A DNA stretch of 55,200 bases, the filler included, from Heptranchias perlo (lineage: Eukaryota): NCBI RefSeq assembly GCF_035084215.1. It is 2 parts of 2 records of this genome, joined end to end, with 100 filler letters (N's around TTAATTAATTAA, not from the genome) between each part and the next. Parts side by side here need not be neighbours in the genome. Positions count along the whole stretch, not along the records: positions 1 to 28,137 come from NW_027139821.1; positions 28,238 to 55,200 come from NW_027139573.1. The stretch is one strand, 5' to 3'. The notes beneath the pieces are model-generated. The model was not told the DNA's origin, did not search any database, and saw nothing but the letters and a program-made list of their open reading frames with translations. Below, piece by piece: positions 19,721-32,424 of this stretch (position 1 is its first letter; every line of letters begins with the position of its first letter). A program made the position numbers and the translations under genes.

Positions 19721-21650
19721 CCTCAGAGTGTCACGCCTCAGAGTATCACGCCTCAGAGTGTCACGCCTCAGAGTATCACACCTCAGGGTGTCAGGCCTCA
19801 GAGTGTCGCACCTCAGAGTGTCAGGCCTCAGAGTGTCACACCTCAGAGTGTCGCACCTCAGTGTGTCACGCCTCAGAGTGTCACACCTCAGGGTGTCAGG
19901 CCTCAGAGTGTCACACCTCAGAGTGTCGCACCTCAGAGTGTCGCGCCTCAGTGTGTCATGCCTCAGAGTGTCACACCTCAGGGTGTCACACCTCAGGGTG
20001 TCACACCTCAGAGTGTCACACCTCAGTGTGTCACGCCTCAGAGTGTCATACCTCAGAGTATCACGCCTCAGAGTATCACGCCTCAGAGTGTCATACCTCA
20101 GAGTATCACGCCTCAGAGTGTCATACCTCAGAGTATCACACCTCAGAGTATCACGGCTCAGAGTATCACGCCTCAGAGTGTCATACCTCAGAGTATCACG
20201 CCTCAGAGTATCACGCCTCAGAGTGTCATACCTCAGAGTATCACGCCTCAGAGTATCACGCCTCAGAGTGTCATACCTCAGAGTATCACGCCTCAGAGTG
20301 TCATACCTCAGAGTATCACACCTCAGAGTATCACGCCTCAGAGTGTCATACCTCAGAGTGTCACACCTCAGTGTGTCACGCCTCAGAGTGTCATACCTCA
20401 GAGTATCACGCCTCAGAGTATCACGCCTCAGAGTGTCATACCTCAGAGTATCACGCCTCAGACTGTCATACCTCAGAGTATCACACCTCAGAGTATCACG
20501 GCTCAGAGTATCACGCCTCAGAGTGTCATACATCAGAGTATCACGCCTCAGAGTATCACGCCTCAGAGTGCATTACCTCAGAGTATCACGCCTCAGAGTG
20601 TCATACCTCAGAGTATCACGCCTCAGAGTGTCATACCTCAGAGTATCACGCCTCAGGGTGTCAGGCCTCAGAGTATCACGCCTCAGAATGTCATACCTCA
20701 GAGTATCACGCCTCAGGGTGTCAGGCCTCAGAGTGTCATACCTCAGAGTGTCACACCTCAGGGTATCACGCCTCAGAGTGTCGCAACTCAGGGTATCATA
20801 CCTCAGAGTGTCGCACCTCAGTGTGACATACCTCAGAGTGTCGCAACTCAGTGTGTCACGCCTCAGAGTGTCATACCTCAGAGTGTCGCACCTCAGAGTA
20901 TCATACCTCAGAGTGTCATACCTCAGGGTATCACACCTCAGAGTGTCACACCTCAGGGTATCACACCTCAGAGTGTCACACCTCAGGGTATCACACCTCA
21001 GAGTGTCACACCTCAGAGTGTCACACCTCAGAGTATCATACCTCAGAGTGTCACACCTCAGAGTGTCACACCTCAGAGTGTCACACCTCAGTGTGTCACA
21101 CCTCAGAGTGTCACACCTCAGAGTATCACAACTCAGTGTGTCACACCTCAGAGTGTCACACCTCAGAGTATCACACCTCAGAGTATCACAACTCAGTGTG
21201 TCACACCTCAGAGTGTCACACCTCAGAGTGTCACAACTCAGTGTGTCACACCTCAGTGTGTCACACCTCAGAGGATCACAACTCAGTGTCACACCTCAGA
21301 GGATCACAACTCAGAGTGTCACACCTCAGAGTGTCACACCTCAGAGTGTCACACCTCAGTGTGTCACACCTCAGAGTGTCACAACTCAGTGTGTCACACC
21401 TCAGAGTATCACAACTCAGTGTCACACCTCAGAGTATCACAACTCAGTGTCACACCTCAGAGTATCACAACTCAGTGTGTCACACCTCAGAGTATCACAA
21501 CTCAGTGTCACACCTCAGAGTATCACAACTCAGTGTCACACCTCAGAGTATCACAACTCAGTGTGTCACACCTCAGAGTATCACAACTCAGTGTCACACC
21601 TCAGAGTATCACAACTCAGTGTGTCACACCTCAGGATATCACACCTCGGC
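19721..21650. repeat. 15-bp minisatellite, about 130 copies, with 13-bp variants at the right end
   Basis: Unit CCTCAGAGT(G/A)TCA(C/T)(A/G); produces the spurious PQSVT, LRVSH and SECHT ORFs. Confidence 0.97.
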
Positions 21651-22239
21651 ACTAAACCTCCAAACACTCTGAGGTGTGATATCCTTACGTGTGACACCTA
21701 ACACTGTGACGGCCATGAGGTGTGACACCCTGAGATTGAACACAGACACTGGTCTAGATTGATGATTGTGGGGCGAGTCGGGTGCAGTTGTGACTCGCAC
21801 ACTTTGAGTGTGAGTGATGTGCTCGATGTGAGGGTTTTATTAGGAGAGCAGGTGGAATATACATTGGCCGCTCGGAGGAACCTGGAATGCAGCCAGTGAA
21901 CAGACTCTGGACTGAGGACTGTGACAGGGGATTCCCAGGATGTGTAACAGCATCGTGCTGACCTCACCGGGCAGGATTCAGGCCCAGATACTCAGCTACC
22001 TGTTACTGTGTTTGTCTAAAACAACAGTGACTACGCATCAAATAATTCCCTGTCTATGAGGCGGTTTGGGGCGTCCCGGGGACATGAACGGTGCTGGACA
22101 GACTGGAGTTTGATCAACAACTTTATAAAACTCAGCTCAGGGACTTTCCAACACAGATAAAGACAAGGGAGGGGCTGGAAGGAACCAACTGCATGGGGGG
22201 GGGGAGTCCAGACAGAACGAGACTGAGCAACAGAGGAGT

Positions 22240-25200
22240 GTGAGGAGATAGAGTGAGGGGATAGAGTGAGGGGATAGAGTGAGGAGATAGTGTGAGGGGA
22301 TTGAGTGAGGGGATAGAGTGAGGGGATAGAGTGAGGGGATAGAGTGAGGGGATAGTGTGAGGGGATAGAGTGAGGGGATAGTGTGAGGGGATAGAGTGAG
22401 GGGATAGTGTGAGGGGATAGAGTGAGGAGATAGAGTGAGGGGCTAGAGTGAGGGGATAGTGTGAGGGGATAGAGTGAGGAGATAGAGTGAGGGGATAGTG
22501 TGAGGGGATAGTGTGAGGGGATAGAGTGAGGGGATAGAGTGAGGGGATAGTGTGAGGGGATAGAGTGAGGAGATAGAGTGAGGGGATAGTGTGAGGGGAT
22601 AGTGTGAGGGGATAGAGTGAGGGGATAGAGTGAGGAGATAGAGTGAGGGGATAGAGTGAGGGGATAGAGTGAGGGGATAGAGTGAGGGGATAGAGTGAGG
22701 AGATAGAGTGAGGGGATAGTGTGAGGGGATAGAGTGAGGGGATAGAGTGAGGAGATAGAGTGAGGGGATAGTGTGAGGGGATAGAGTGAGGGGATAGAGT
22801 GAGGGGATAGTGTGAGGGGATAGAGTGAGGGGATAGTGTGAGGGGATAGTGTGAGGGGATAGAGTGAGGGGATAGAGTGAGGGGATAGAGTGAGGGGATA
22901 GAGTGAGGGGATAGTGTGAGGGGATAGAGTGAGGGGATAGAGTGAGGGGATAGTGTGAGGGGATAGAGTGAGGGGATAGAGTGAGGGGATAGAGTGAGGG
23001 GATAGTGTGAGGGGATAGAGTGAGGGGATAGTGTGAGGGGATAGAGTGAGGGGATAGTGTGAGGGGATAGAGTGAGGGGATAGAGTGAGGAGATAGAGTG
23101 AGGGGATAGTGTGAGGGGATAGAGTGAGGTGATAATGTGAGGAGATAGAGTGAGGGGATAGAGTGAGGGGATAGTGTGAGGGGATAGTGTGAGGGGAGAG
23201 AGTGAGGAGATAGTGTGAGGGGATAGTGTGAGGGGATAGAGTGAGGGGATAGTGTGAGGGGATAGTGTGAGGGGAGAGAGTGAGGAGATAGTGTGAGGGG
23301 ATAGAGTGAGGGGATAGAGTGAGGGGATAGTGTGAGGGGATAGTGTGAGGGGATAGAGTGAGGAAATAGAGTGAGGGGATAGAGTGAGGGGATAGTGTGA
23401 GGGGATAGAGTGAGGGGATAGAGTGAGGGGATAGTGTGAGGGGATAGAGTGAGGGGATAGAGTGAGGGGATAGTGTGAGGGGATAGTGTGAGGGGATAGA
23501 GTGAGGGGATAGAGTGAGGGGATAGAGTGAGGGGATAGAGTGAGGGGATAGTGTGAGGGGATAGAGTGAGGGGATAGTGTGAGGGGATAGAGTGAGGGGA
23601 TAGTGTGAGGGGATAGTGTGAGGGGATAGAGTGAGGGGATAGAGTGAGGGGATAGTGTGAGGGGATAGTGTGAGGGGATAGTGTGAGGAGATAGAGTGAG
23701 GGGATAGAGTGAGGAGATAGAGTGAGGGGATAGTGTGAGGGGATAGTGTGAGGGGATAGAGTGAGGGGATAGTGTGAGGGGATAGTGTGAGGGGATAGAG
23801 TGAGGGGATAGAGTGAGGGGATAGAGTGAGGGGATAGAGTGAGGGGATAGTGTGAGGGGATAGAGTGAGGGGATAGTGTGAGGGGATAGTGTGAGGGGAT
23901 AGTGTGAGGGGATAGAGTGAGGAGATAGTGTGAGGGGATAGAGTGAGGGGATAGAGTGAGGAGATAGAGTGAGGGGATAGAGTGAGGGGATAGTGTGAGG
24001 GGATAGAGTGAGGGGATAGAGTGAGGGGATAGTGTGAGGGGATAGAGTGAGGAGATAGAGTGAGGGGATAGAGTGAGGGGATAGAGTGAGGGGATAGTGT
24101 GAGGGGATAGAGTGAGGGGATAGTGTGAGGGGATAGAGTGAGGGGATAGAGTGAGGGGATAGTGTGAGGGGATAGAGTGAGGAGATAGAGTGAGGAGATA
24201 GAGTGAGGGGATAGTGTGAGGGGATAGTGTGAGGGGATAGTGTGAGGGGATAGAGTGAGGGGATAGAGTGAGGGGATAGTGTGAGGGGATAGTGTGAGGG
24301 GATAGAGTGAGGGGATAGAGTGAGGGGATAGAGTGAGGGGATAGTGTGAGGGGATAGAGTGAGGGGATAGTGTGAGGGGATAGAGTGAGGGGATAGTGTG
24401 AGGGGATAGTGTGAGGGGATAGAGTGAGGGGATAGAGTGAGGGGATAGTGTGAGGGGATAGTGTGAGGGGATAGTGTGAGGGGATAGAGTGAGGAGATAG
24501 AGTGAGGGGATAGTGTGAGGGGATAGTGTGAGGGGATAGAGTGAGGGGATAGTGTGAGGGGATAGTGTGAGGGGATAGAGTGAGGGGATAGAGTGAGGGG
24601 ATAGTGTGAGGGGATAGAGTGAGGAGATAGAGTGAGGGGATAGTGTGAGGGGATAGAGTGAGGGGATAGAGTGAGGGGATAGTGTGAGGGGATAGTGTGA
24701 GGGGATAGTGTGAGGGGATAGAGTGAGGAGATAGAGTGAGGGGATAGTGTGAGGGGATAGAGTGAGGGGATAGAGTGAGGGGATAGTGTGAGGGGATAGT
24801 GTGAGGGGATAGTGTGAGGGGATAGTGTGAGGGGATAGAGTGAGGAGATAGTGTGAGGGGATAGAGTGAGGAGATAGAGTGAGGAGATAGAGTGAGGGGA
24901 TAGAGTGAGGGGATAGTGTGAGGGGATAGAGTGAGGGGATAGTGTGAGGGGATAGAGTGAGGAGATAGAGTGAGGGGATAGAGTGAGGGGATAGAGTGAG
25001 GGGATAGTGTGAGGGGATAGAGTGAGGGGATAGTGTGAGGGGATAGAGTGAGGGGATAGAGTGAGGGGATAGTGTGAGGGGATAGAGTGAGGAGATAGAG
25101 TGAGGAGATAGAGTGAGGGGATAGTGTGAGGGGATAGTGTGAGGGGATAGAGTGAGGAGATAGTGTGAGGGGATAGAGTGAGCGGATAGAGTGAGGAGAT

Positions 25201-28137
25201 AGAGTGAGGGGATAGAGTGAGGGGCTAGTGTGAGGGGATAGAGTGAGGGGATAGTGTGAGGGGATAGTGTGAGGGGATAGAGTGAGGGGATAGAGTGAGG
25301 GGATAGAGTGAGGGGATAGAGTGAGGGGATAGTGTGAGGGGATAGTGTGAGGGGATAGTGTGAGGGGATAGAGTGAGGGGATAGAGTGAGGGGATAGAGT
25401 GAGGGGATAGTGTGAGGGGATAGAGTGAGGAGATAGAGTGAGGGGATAGAGTGAGGGGATAGTGTGAGGGGATAGAGTGAGGGGATAGAGTGAGGGGATA
25501 GTGTGAGGGGATAGTGTGAGGGGATAGAGTGAGGGGATAGAGTGAGGAGATAGTGTGAGGGGATAGAGTGAGGAGATAGAGTGAGGGGATAGAGTGAGGA
25601 GATAGTGTGAGGGGATAGAGTGAGGGGATAGTGTGAGGGGATAGTGTGAGGGGACAGTGTGAGGGGATAGTGTGAGGGGATAGAGTGAGGGGATAGAGTG
25701 AGGGGATAGAGTGAGGAGATAGAGTGAGGAGATAGAGTGAGGGGATTGAGTGAGGAGATAGAGTGAGGGGATAGAGTGAGGGGATAGAGTGAGGGGATAG
25801 AGTGAGGGGATAGTGTGAGGGGATAGTGTGAGGGGATAGTGTGAGGGGATAGTGTGAGGGGATAGTGTGAGGAGATAGTGTGAGGGGAGAGTGAGGGGAT
25901 AGAGTGAGGGGATAGAGTGAGGAGATAGAGTGAGGGGATAGAGTGAGGGGATAGTGTGAGGGGATAGAGTGAGGGGATAGTGTGAGGGGATAGTGTGAGG
26001 GATAGAGTGAGGGGATAGAGTGAGGGGATCGTGTGAGGGGATAGAGTGAGGAGATAGTGTGAGGGGATAGAGTGAGGGGATAGAGTGAGGGGATAGTGTG
26101 AGGGGATAGAGTGAGGGGATAGAGTGAGGAGATAGAGTGAGGGGATAGAGTGAGGGGATAGTGTGAGGGGATAGTGTGAGGGGATAGAGTGAGGGGATAG
26201 AGTGAGGGGATAGTGTGAGGGGATAGAGTGAGGAGATAGTGTGAGGGGATAGAGTGAGGAGATAGTGTGAGGGGATAGTGTGAGGGGTGTGAGGGGATAG
26301 AGTGAGGGGATAGAGTGAGGGGATAGAGTGAGGGGATAGTGTGAGGGGATAGTGTGAGGGGAAAGAGTGAGGAGATAGAGTGAGGAGATAGTGTGAAGGG
26401 ATAGTGTGAGGGAGTGAGGGGATAGAGTGAGGGGATAGAGTGAGGGGATAGAGTGAGGGGATAGTGTGAGGGGTGTGAGGGATAGAGTGAGGGGATAGAG
26501 TGAGGGGATAGAGTGAGGGGATAGTGTGAGGGGAAAGAGTGAGGAGATAGAGTGAGGGGATAGTGTGAGGGGATAGTGTGAGGGGATAGTGTGAGGAGAT
26601 AGAGTGAGGGGATAGAGTGAGGGGATAGTGTGAGGGGATAGAGTGAGGGGATAGTGTGAGGGGATAGAGTGAGGGGATAGAGTGAGGGGATAGAGTGAGG
26701 GGATAGAGTGAGGGGATAGAGTGAGGGGAGAGTGTGAGGAGATAGAGTGAGGGGATAGAGTGAGGGGATAGAGTGAGGGGATAGTGTGAGGGGATAGAGT
26801 GAGGGGATAGTGTGAGGGGATAGAGTGAGGGGATAGAGTGAAGGGATAGTTTGAGGGGATAGAGTGAGGGATAGAGTGAAGGGATAGTGTGAGGGGATTG
26901 AGTGAGGGGATTGAGTGAGGGGATAGAGTGAGGGGATAGTGTGAGGGGATAGAGTGAGGGGATAGAGTGAGGGATAGTGTGAAGGGATAGAGTGAGGGGA
27001 TAGTGTGAGGAGATAGAGTGAGGGGATAGTGTGAGGCGATAGTGTGAGGAGATAGTGTGAGGGGATAGAGTGAGGAGATAGAGTGAGGGGATAGAGTGAG
27101 GGGATAGTGTGAGGGGATAGTGTGAGGGGATAGAGTGAGGGGATAGAGTGAGGAGATAGAGTGAGGGGATAGTGTGAGGGGATAGTGTGAGGGGATAGAG
27201 TGAGGGGATAGTGTGAGGGGATAGTGTGAGGGGATAGAGTGAGGGGATAGAGTGAGGAGATAGAGTGAGGGGATAGAGTGAGGGGATAGAGTGAGGGGAT
27301 AGTGTGAGGGGATAGAGTGAGGGGATAGAGTGAGGGGATAGTGTGAGGCGATAGTGTGAGGAGATAGTGTGAGGGGATAGAGTGAGGAGATAGTGTGAGG
27401 GGATAGAGTGAGGGGATAGTGTGAGGGGATAGAGTGAGGGGATAGAGTGAGGAGATAGAGTGAGGGATAGTGTGAGGGGATAGTGTGAGGGGATAGAGTG
27501 AGGGGATAGAGTGAGGGGATAGTGTGAGGGGATAGTGTGAGGGGATAGAGTGAGGGGATAGTGTGAGGGGATAGTGTGAGGGGATAGAGTGAGGGGATAG
27601 AGTGAGGAGATAGTGTGAGGGGATAGTGTGAGGGGATAGAGTGAGGGGATAGAGTGAGGGGATAGTGTGAGGGGATAGTGTGAGGGGATAGAGTGAGGGG
27701 ATAGAGTGAGGGGATAGTGTGAGGGGATAGAGTGAGGGGATAGAGTGAGGGATAGTGTGAGGGGATAGTGTGAGGGGATAGAGTGAGGGGATAGAGTGAG
27801 GGGATAGTGTGAGGGGATAGTGTGAGGGGATAGAGTGAGGGGATAGTGTGAGGGGATAGTGTGTGGGGATAGAGTGAGGGGATAGAGTGAGGGGATAGTG
27901 TGAGGGGATAGAGTGAGGGGATAGAGTGAGGGGATAGAGTGAGGAGATAGTGTGAGGGGATAGTGTGAGGGGATAGAGTGAGGGGATAGAGTGAGGGGAT
28001 AGTGTGAGGGGATAGTGTGAGGGGATAGAGTGAGGGGATAGTGTGAGGGGATAGTGTGAGGGGATAGAGTGAGGGGATAGTGTGAGGGGATAGTGTGAGG
28101 GGATAGAGTGAGGGGATAGAGTGAGGGGATAGTGTGA
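22240..28137. repeat. 13-bp purine-rich satellite, about 450 copies, truncated by a gap
   Basis: Unit GG(G/A)GATAG(A/T)GTGA. Confidence 0.98.
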
Positions 28138-28237
28138 NNNNNNNNNNNNNNNNNNNNNNNNNNNNNNNNNNNNNNNNNNNNTTAATTAATTAANNNNNNN
28201 NNNNNNNNNNNNNNNNNNNNNNNNNNNNNNNNNNNNN
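28138..28237. other. Artificial contig-joining spacer: N44-TTAATTAATTAA-N44
   Basis: Exactly 100 nt and symmetric; the 12-mer gives TAA stops in all six frames. Confidence 0.93.
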
Positions 28238-29206
28238 GTGGAACAGAGGCAGTGGAGAAGGAGGGGTTAGGCCGGTGTGGGAGGAGCGGAGGGGGCATGT
28301 GGGGGCATGAGATTGTGGGGAGATTGCGGAGGTGGGAAGGGAGGAGGACAGAGAAGGCTTTAAAGGTGAAGAAATGAACCTTCGAGTCAATTCTGTGGAG
28401 TTGGAGGAGCCGATGGGGTTTTGGCACGAACAAGGGATGGGGGTGAGAGGGAGGAGGCAGAACACATCGATCAGAACACAATCTCTGAAAGGTTCACACG
28501 TGTCTGTGGTCCAGTAATATTGAGGTCGATTTTCACCTTTACCACCTGGGTGTTCAGCATCAACTGGGCGGGGCAGAGAGAGAGCAAAATCTGGAGAGGA
28601 GGATCACACGGCAGGAACAGAACCTGGAGCATTTTCCATCTATTGAAATCCCCCCCCGCCCGGCCAGATTTCCGTTCTGAACTCAGCCCAGGTGATGCCT
28701 AATGTCTCGGAGCTAAAACCACAATCGAGCCCGTTATGTGAAAGGAGATAATGGAATCCTCCTTCAAACACCATCCGAGGGAAAGGGTTTTCCTTCCCTC
28801 CCCTTCCATTCCCTTTCCCTTCCTTTCCGATTCCTTCCCTTCCCTTTCCCTTCCTTTTCTTTCCTGTCCCTTCCCATTCCCTCCATCCCCTTCCCTTCCA
28901 CTGCTTCCGAGGTACAGCTCTAATACCTCACCCCCCAAAATGGCTGTTATTTGTCTGTGAGCCTTGACAATAATTGAAGAAAAGTGCCTCGATCAAACAC
29001 TTTGCAAACAGATCAGTGACACAACCTCTCCCAGTGACCCCTCCCCAGAACAGGGATCATCCTTAACCTGAATCGCTCACACACCCAAGGCAATGAGATA
29101 GTCCAAACCCAGGGGCCGCTCGAGAGCATCTTGTGATGGAAGATGGGTTCAATCTCGGTGTCCCCTCAAATACTGTCCACAGATAGAAGCTGTTTGATTT
29201 GCTTAC

Positions 29207-29258
29207 CAGAGGAGACGTTGGGCACACAGTAAACGTTCAGTAAAGTAACAAGCAGCAT
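29207..29258 (-). CDS. Candidate orphan signal-peptide exon MLLVTLLNVYCVPNVSS|G (MHC/Ig-superfamily-style leader)
   Basis: ATG with A at -3 (ACAACATG); 17 codons plus 1 nt; hydrophobic core and small residues at -3/-1 (V-S-S); strong phase-1 donor CTG|GTAAGC; CCAAT about 105 bp upstream (29365-29361). No downstream exon is seen before the gap. Confidence 0.55.
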
Positions 29259-29629
29259 GTTGTAAAGTCACCCGAGGCGCTGATTAACCAGGAGAGAAGC
29301 TGCTGTAACAGGAACTTAATCTCTTGCGCTTTTCAACACCACTCGAGTCTGAAGCTACTTATTGGTGCTTGTGTGCAGCAGGTCTGATAACCAGATCCAG
29401 TTAGAATGGAGGGACTTGTTCTGGTCACTGGGTCCCAGGGAGTGGAGTCTGAGCCTGCATCTTACAGCAGGGGTTCACACTGAGGCCCAGCCCAGTATTA
29501 ACACCGAACCATCGCATCTGTTTACATCCCCCTGTATTTCAATGGTCTATTCCAGACTCCCACTTTCACCCCTCCCATTCTCTTCCCAATGCACCGACTC
29601 TCACTGGCAATGGGACCACAAAGAAAAGA

Positions 29630-29800
29630 GAGACTCACATTCCTATTGTGATTTCACCACCTCAGGACCTCCCAAAGAGTTTTACAGACAGTGAAGTGTT
29701 AGTGAAGTGTAGTCACTGTTTTAATGTAGGAAACACGGCAGCCAATTTGCACACAGCAAGATCCCACAAATAGCAATGAGATAATAGCCAGATAATCTCC
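29630..29800 (-). mobile_element. SINE fragment with L2-like tail (related pieces at 30735-30835 minus and about 22025-22110 plus)
   Basis: Shared text CACNACCTCAGGA...CCCAAAG...GTCACTGTTGTAATGTNGGAAAC; tail related to the L2 end at 32810-32852. Family not verifiable without a search. Confidence 0.6.
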
Positions 29801-30236
29801 CACCCTCTCCCTGCCCACTCCCTCTCCCTCCACTCTCCCTCCTCATACCCCTCTCCCTCCCACAATCCCTCTCTGCCTCTCCCACCCTCTCCCTCTCCCT
29901 CCCCCTCCCCATCTGCCTTGTCCTCTTCCCTTTCCTCTCCCTCTCTTTGTCTGACTCCCCCTCTCCTTCCCCATCTCCCCACCTTTACCCTCTCTCTTCA
30001 CTCACACCCCCTCCTGCACCTCTCCCTCTCGATCCCCTTCTCTGTCCCTTCCCCATCACCCTCCCTCTCTCCCTCTAGCTCCCCCACCCACTCCCTCCCG
30101 TCCACTCTCCCTCCCCTCCACTCTCACTCCCCTCCCCCTCAGCCTCTGCCTCCCACTCTCCCTCCGACTCCCCCTCCCCTTCTCCCTCTCCATCTCCCTC
30201 CCACTATCCCTCTCCCTCCCTTTCCCCCTCCCCCTC
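29800..30236. repeat. CT-rich low-complexity tract
   Basis: Almost purely C/T on the plus strand; a similar short tract lies at 28787-28900. Confidence 0.85.
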
Positions 30237-30859
30237 AGTTTGAGCATGACGTCCACTGACTGGATTTGGTGACATTGTTCAATGTTCTGTTATCCTCATG
30301 GATTGCTGTTCTGAGGAGCCTCATGTTAAGCGCGACTCGAAGACGGTGCATTGAAAATTAACATAAAAATCTGTCTGTGAATTTGTTTCGATGCCAATTT
30401 ATTCTAATTCACCCAGATCAACATCACTGTGAGTATTTTTGCGTCGAGCACCAGTTGATTATTGAAGAGTCAGCAGCTCATTCTCCCCACAATCGGACAC
30501 ACAGAGTTCACTTTGGCCTTGACCCGCTCAGAGACTATAATAAACGGGCAGTGTTTGCTCAGAAATAAAAGTCAGTCGTGGGCCTGAGCAACACATCGGA
30601 CATCGGACAGTCCAAAGTCCATTGTGTTGCTGTGAGGTGAAGGTGGGAACGGGGGGCCAGGCTTCGAATCTGCTTCGATTTCAGTGTCACCCTGCTGAAG
30701 CAGCACAAGAAGGTTCGGAAAGAACAAAAGATCTTTTTATACATCACCTTTCACAACCTCAGGATGTCCCAAAGTGCTTCACAGAAAGTGAAGTAATGTG
30801 AAAGTGTCATCACTGTTGTAATGTCGGAAACGCCATTCATTATGAGAAGTACTTTCATA

Positions 30860-31305
30860 CCGGGGGCTGAAAGGGTTAAATTATGAGGACAGGTTGCACA
30901 GACGAGGCTTGTATTCCCTTGACTGCAGAAGATTAACGGGTGCTGTAATTAAGATCACTGAAGGATTTGATAGGGTAGATAGAGAGAAACTATTTCCTCC
31001 GGTGGGAGAGTCCAGAACAAGGAGGCGTCACCTTAAAATTAGAGCCAGGCCGTTCAGGGGTGATGTCAGGAAGCGTTTCTTCACACAAAGGGGAGTGGAA
31101 ACCTGGAACTCTCTCCCCCAAAAAACTGTTGAGGCTGGGGGTCAATTGAAAATTTCACAACTGAGATTGATCGATTTTTGTTCGGCAAGGTTATTAAGGG
31201 ATATGGCACCAAGGATGGAGTTAAGATTCAGATTGGCCATGATCTAATTGAATGGCGGAACAGGATCGAGGGGCTGAATGGCCTCCTCCTGTTCCTATGT
31301 TCCAA
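30860..31305 (+). mobile_element. CR1 3' fragment
   Basis: GLYSLDCRRL...GFDRVDREKLFP.VGESRTR...FFTQRGVETWNSLP followed by 3'UTR. Confidence 0.88.
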
Positions 31306-31489
31306 TGAGGTGCTTTGACTGTGTGCAGCAACTTACAATAAAACAGTGTACAGGGAGACACCTCAGAGCACAGAGCAGGAGGAAGGAGACCAAAGAGAGG
31401 ATTTAAGAGGAGCCAGAATCACGGACAGAAGGGGATTCAGGAACTGTGTGGAGACAGGAAGGAACAAGACAGGAATCCTGAGGGAGACT

Positions 31490-31797
31490 GCTGGAGAACC
31501 AGAGAGGTTTAGGGACGGAATTCCAGAGCTTAACGCCGAGGCAGCTGAAGGCACGGCCGCCAATGGTGGAGCGATTAAAATCGGGGCTGCGCTAGAGGCC
31601 AGAATTGGAGGAGTGCAGAGATCTCGGAGGGTTGTAGGGCTGGAGGAGGTTACAGGGATAAGGAGGGGCGAGGCCACGGGAGGATTTAAAACAAGGATGA
31701 GAATTTTAAAATCGAGGTGTTCCCGGACCGGGGGCCAGTGTAGGTCAGCGAACGCAGGGGGTGATGGGAGAACGGGACTTGGTGCGAGTTAGAATAC
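31490..31797 (-). mobile_element. L2-type LINE 3' fragment
   Basis: Reverse complement of 32460-32690 (shared text CTCCACCATTGGCGGCCGTGCCTTCAGCTGCCT). Confidence 0.8.
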
Positions 31798-32424
31798 GGA
31801 TTTCAAGCACTGAATCGAAAGCAAATTCTCGACACTCCTTCCCTCACCAACTCCCTTCTCTCCTCCTCCTCCTCTCTTGAATCCATTAACCTCTTGCTGG
31901 ATAGGGTTCCACAGACAGGGGTCACTCTCCAGTATATCGCCCCAGTGACCATTAAACACCTGTGAGCCTTGACACTAAGCATCAATAGGCTTTTCAACAC
32001 AGCCTGGCCAGATCCTGGCCCGTCCGATGTCCAGACACGCACAGTTCCAACACTGTTTGATTGAGAGTGGGGATAACAGTCCCCTCCCTAACCCAGGGGC
32101 CCTGAGGCCACATGTAGCGGCCCTACTACCATCACCCCAGTTGAGGTCAGTTTAAAGTGGCTTTTAACCACCCAGCACAGAGAGTGTCTAAAACAGTGAC
32201 TGGTGACCCTCTGTGCACAGTCTCTTTGAGTTACAGTCCAGTCTACCTCCAATCCTGAGATACCAGCCGAGTCACCCCACTGGCCACAGGTACTGGAGCA
32301 TCATTCGATTGCTCAAGCCCACTTACTCTTGCTCAGGCGACTATAAAATATGACCCAGAAACTACCTAATAGCATCCAGAAAATGTGGTGTTCCCTTCCC
32401 TCCCTGTCACCCGTTCCCCTCCCA

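Noticed and set aside
19658-21701. 665/657-aa mucin-like or His-rich ORFs (PQSVT, LRVSH, SECHT)
   Set aside because: A 15-bp repeat open in several frames, starting inside a CR1 fragment.
22240-28137. Telomeric or Ig switch-region identity for the G-rich satellite
   Set aside because: No TTAGGG units, no AGCT/WGCW AID hotspots and no Ig segments nearby.
30417-30428. Possible 12-nt plus-strand microexon (CCCAG|ATCAACATCACT|GTGAGT) and a nearby TATAATAAA at about 30536
   Set aside because: No partner exons or gene context; such motifs occur by chance.
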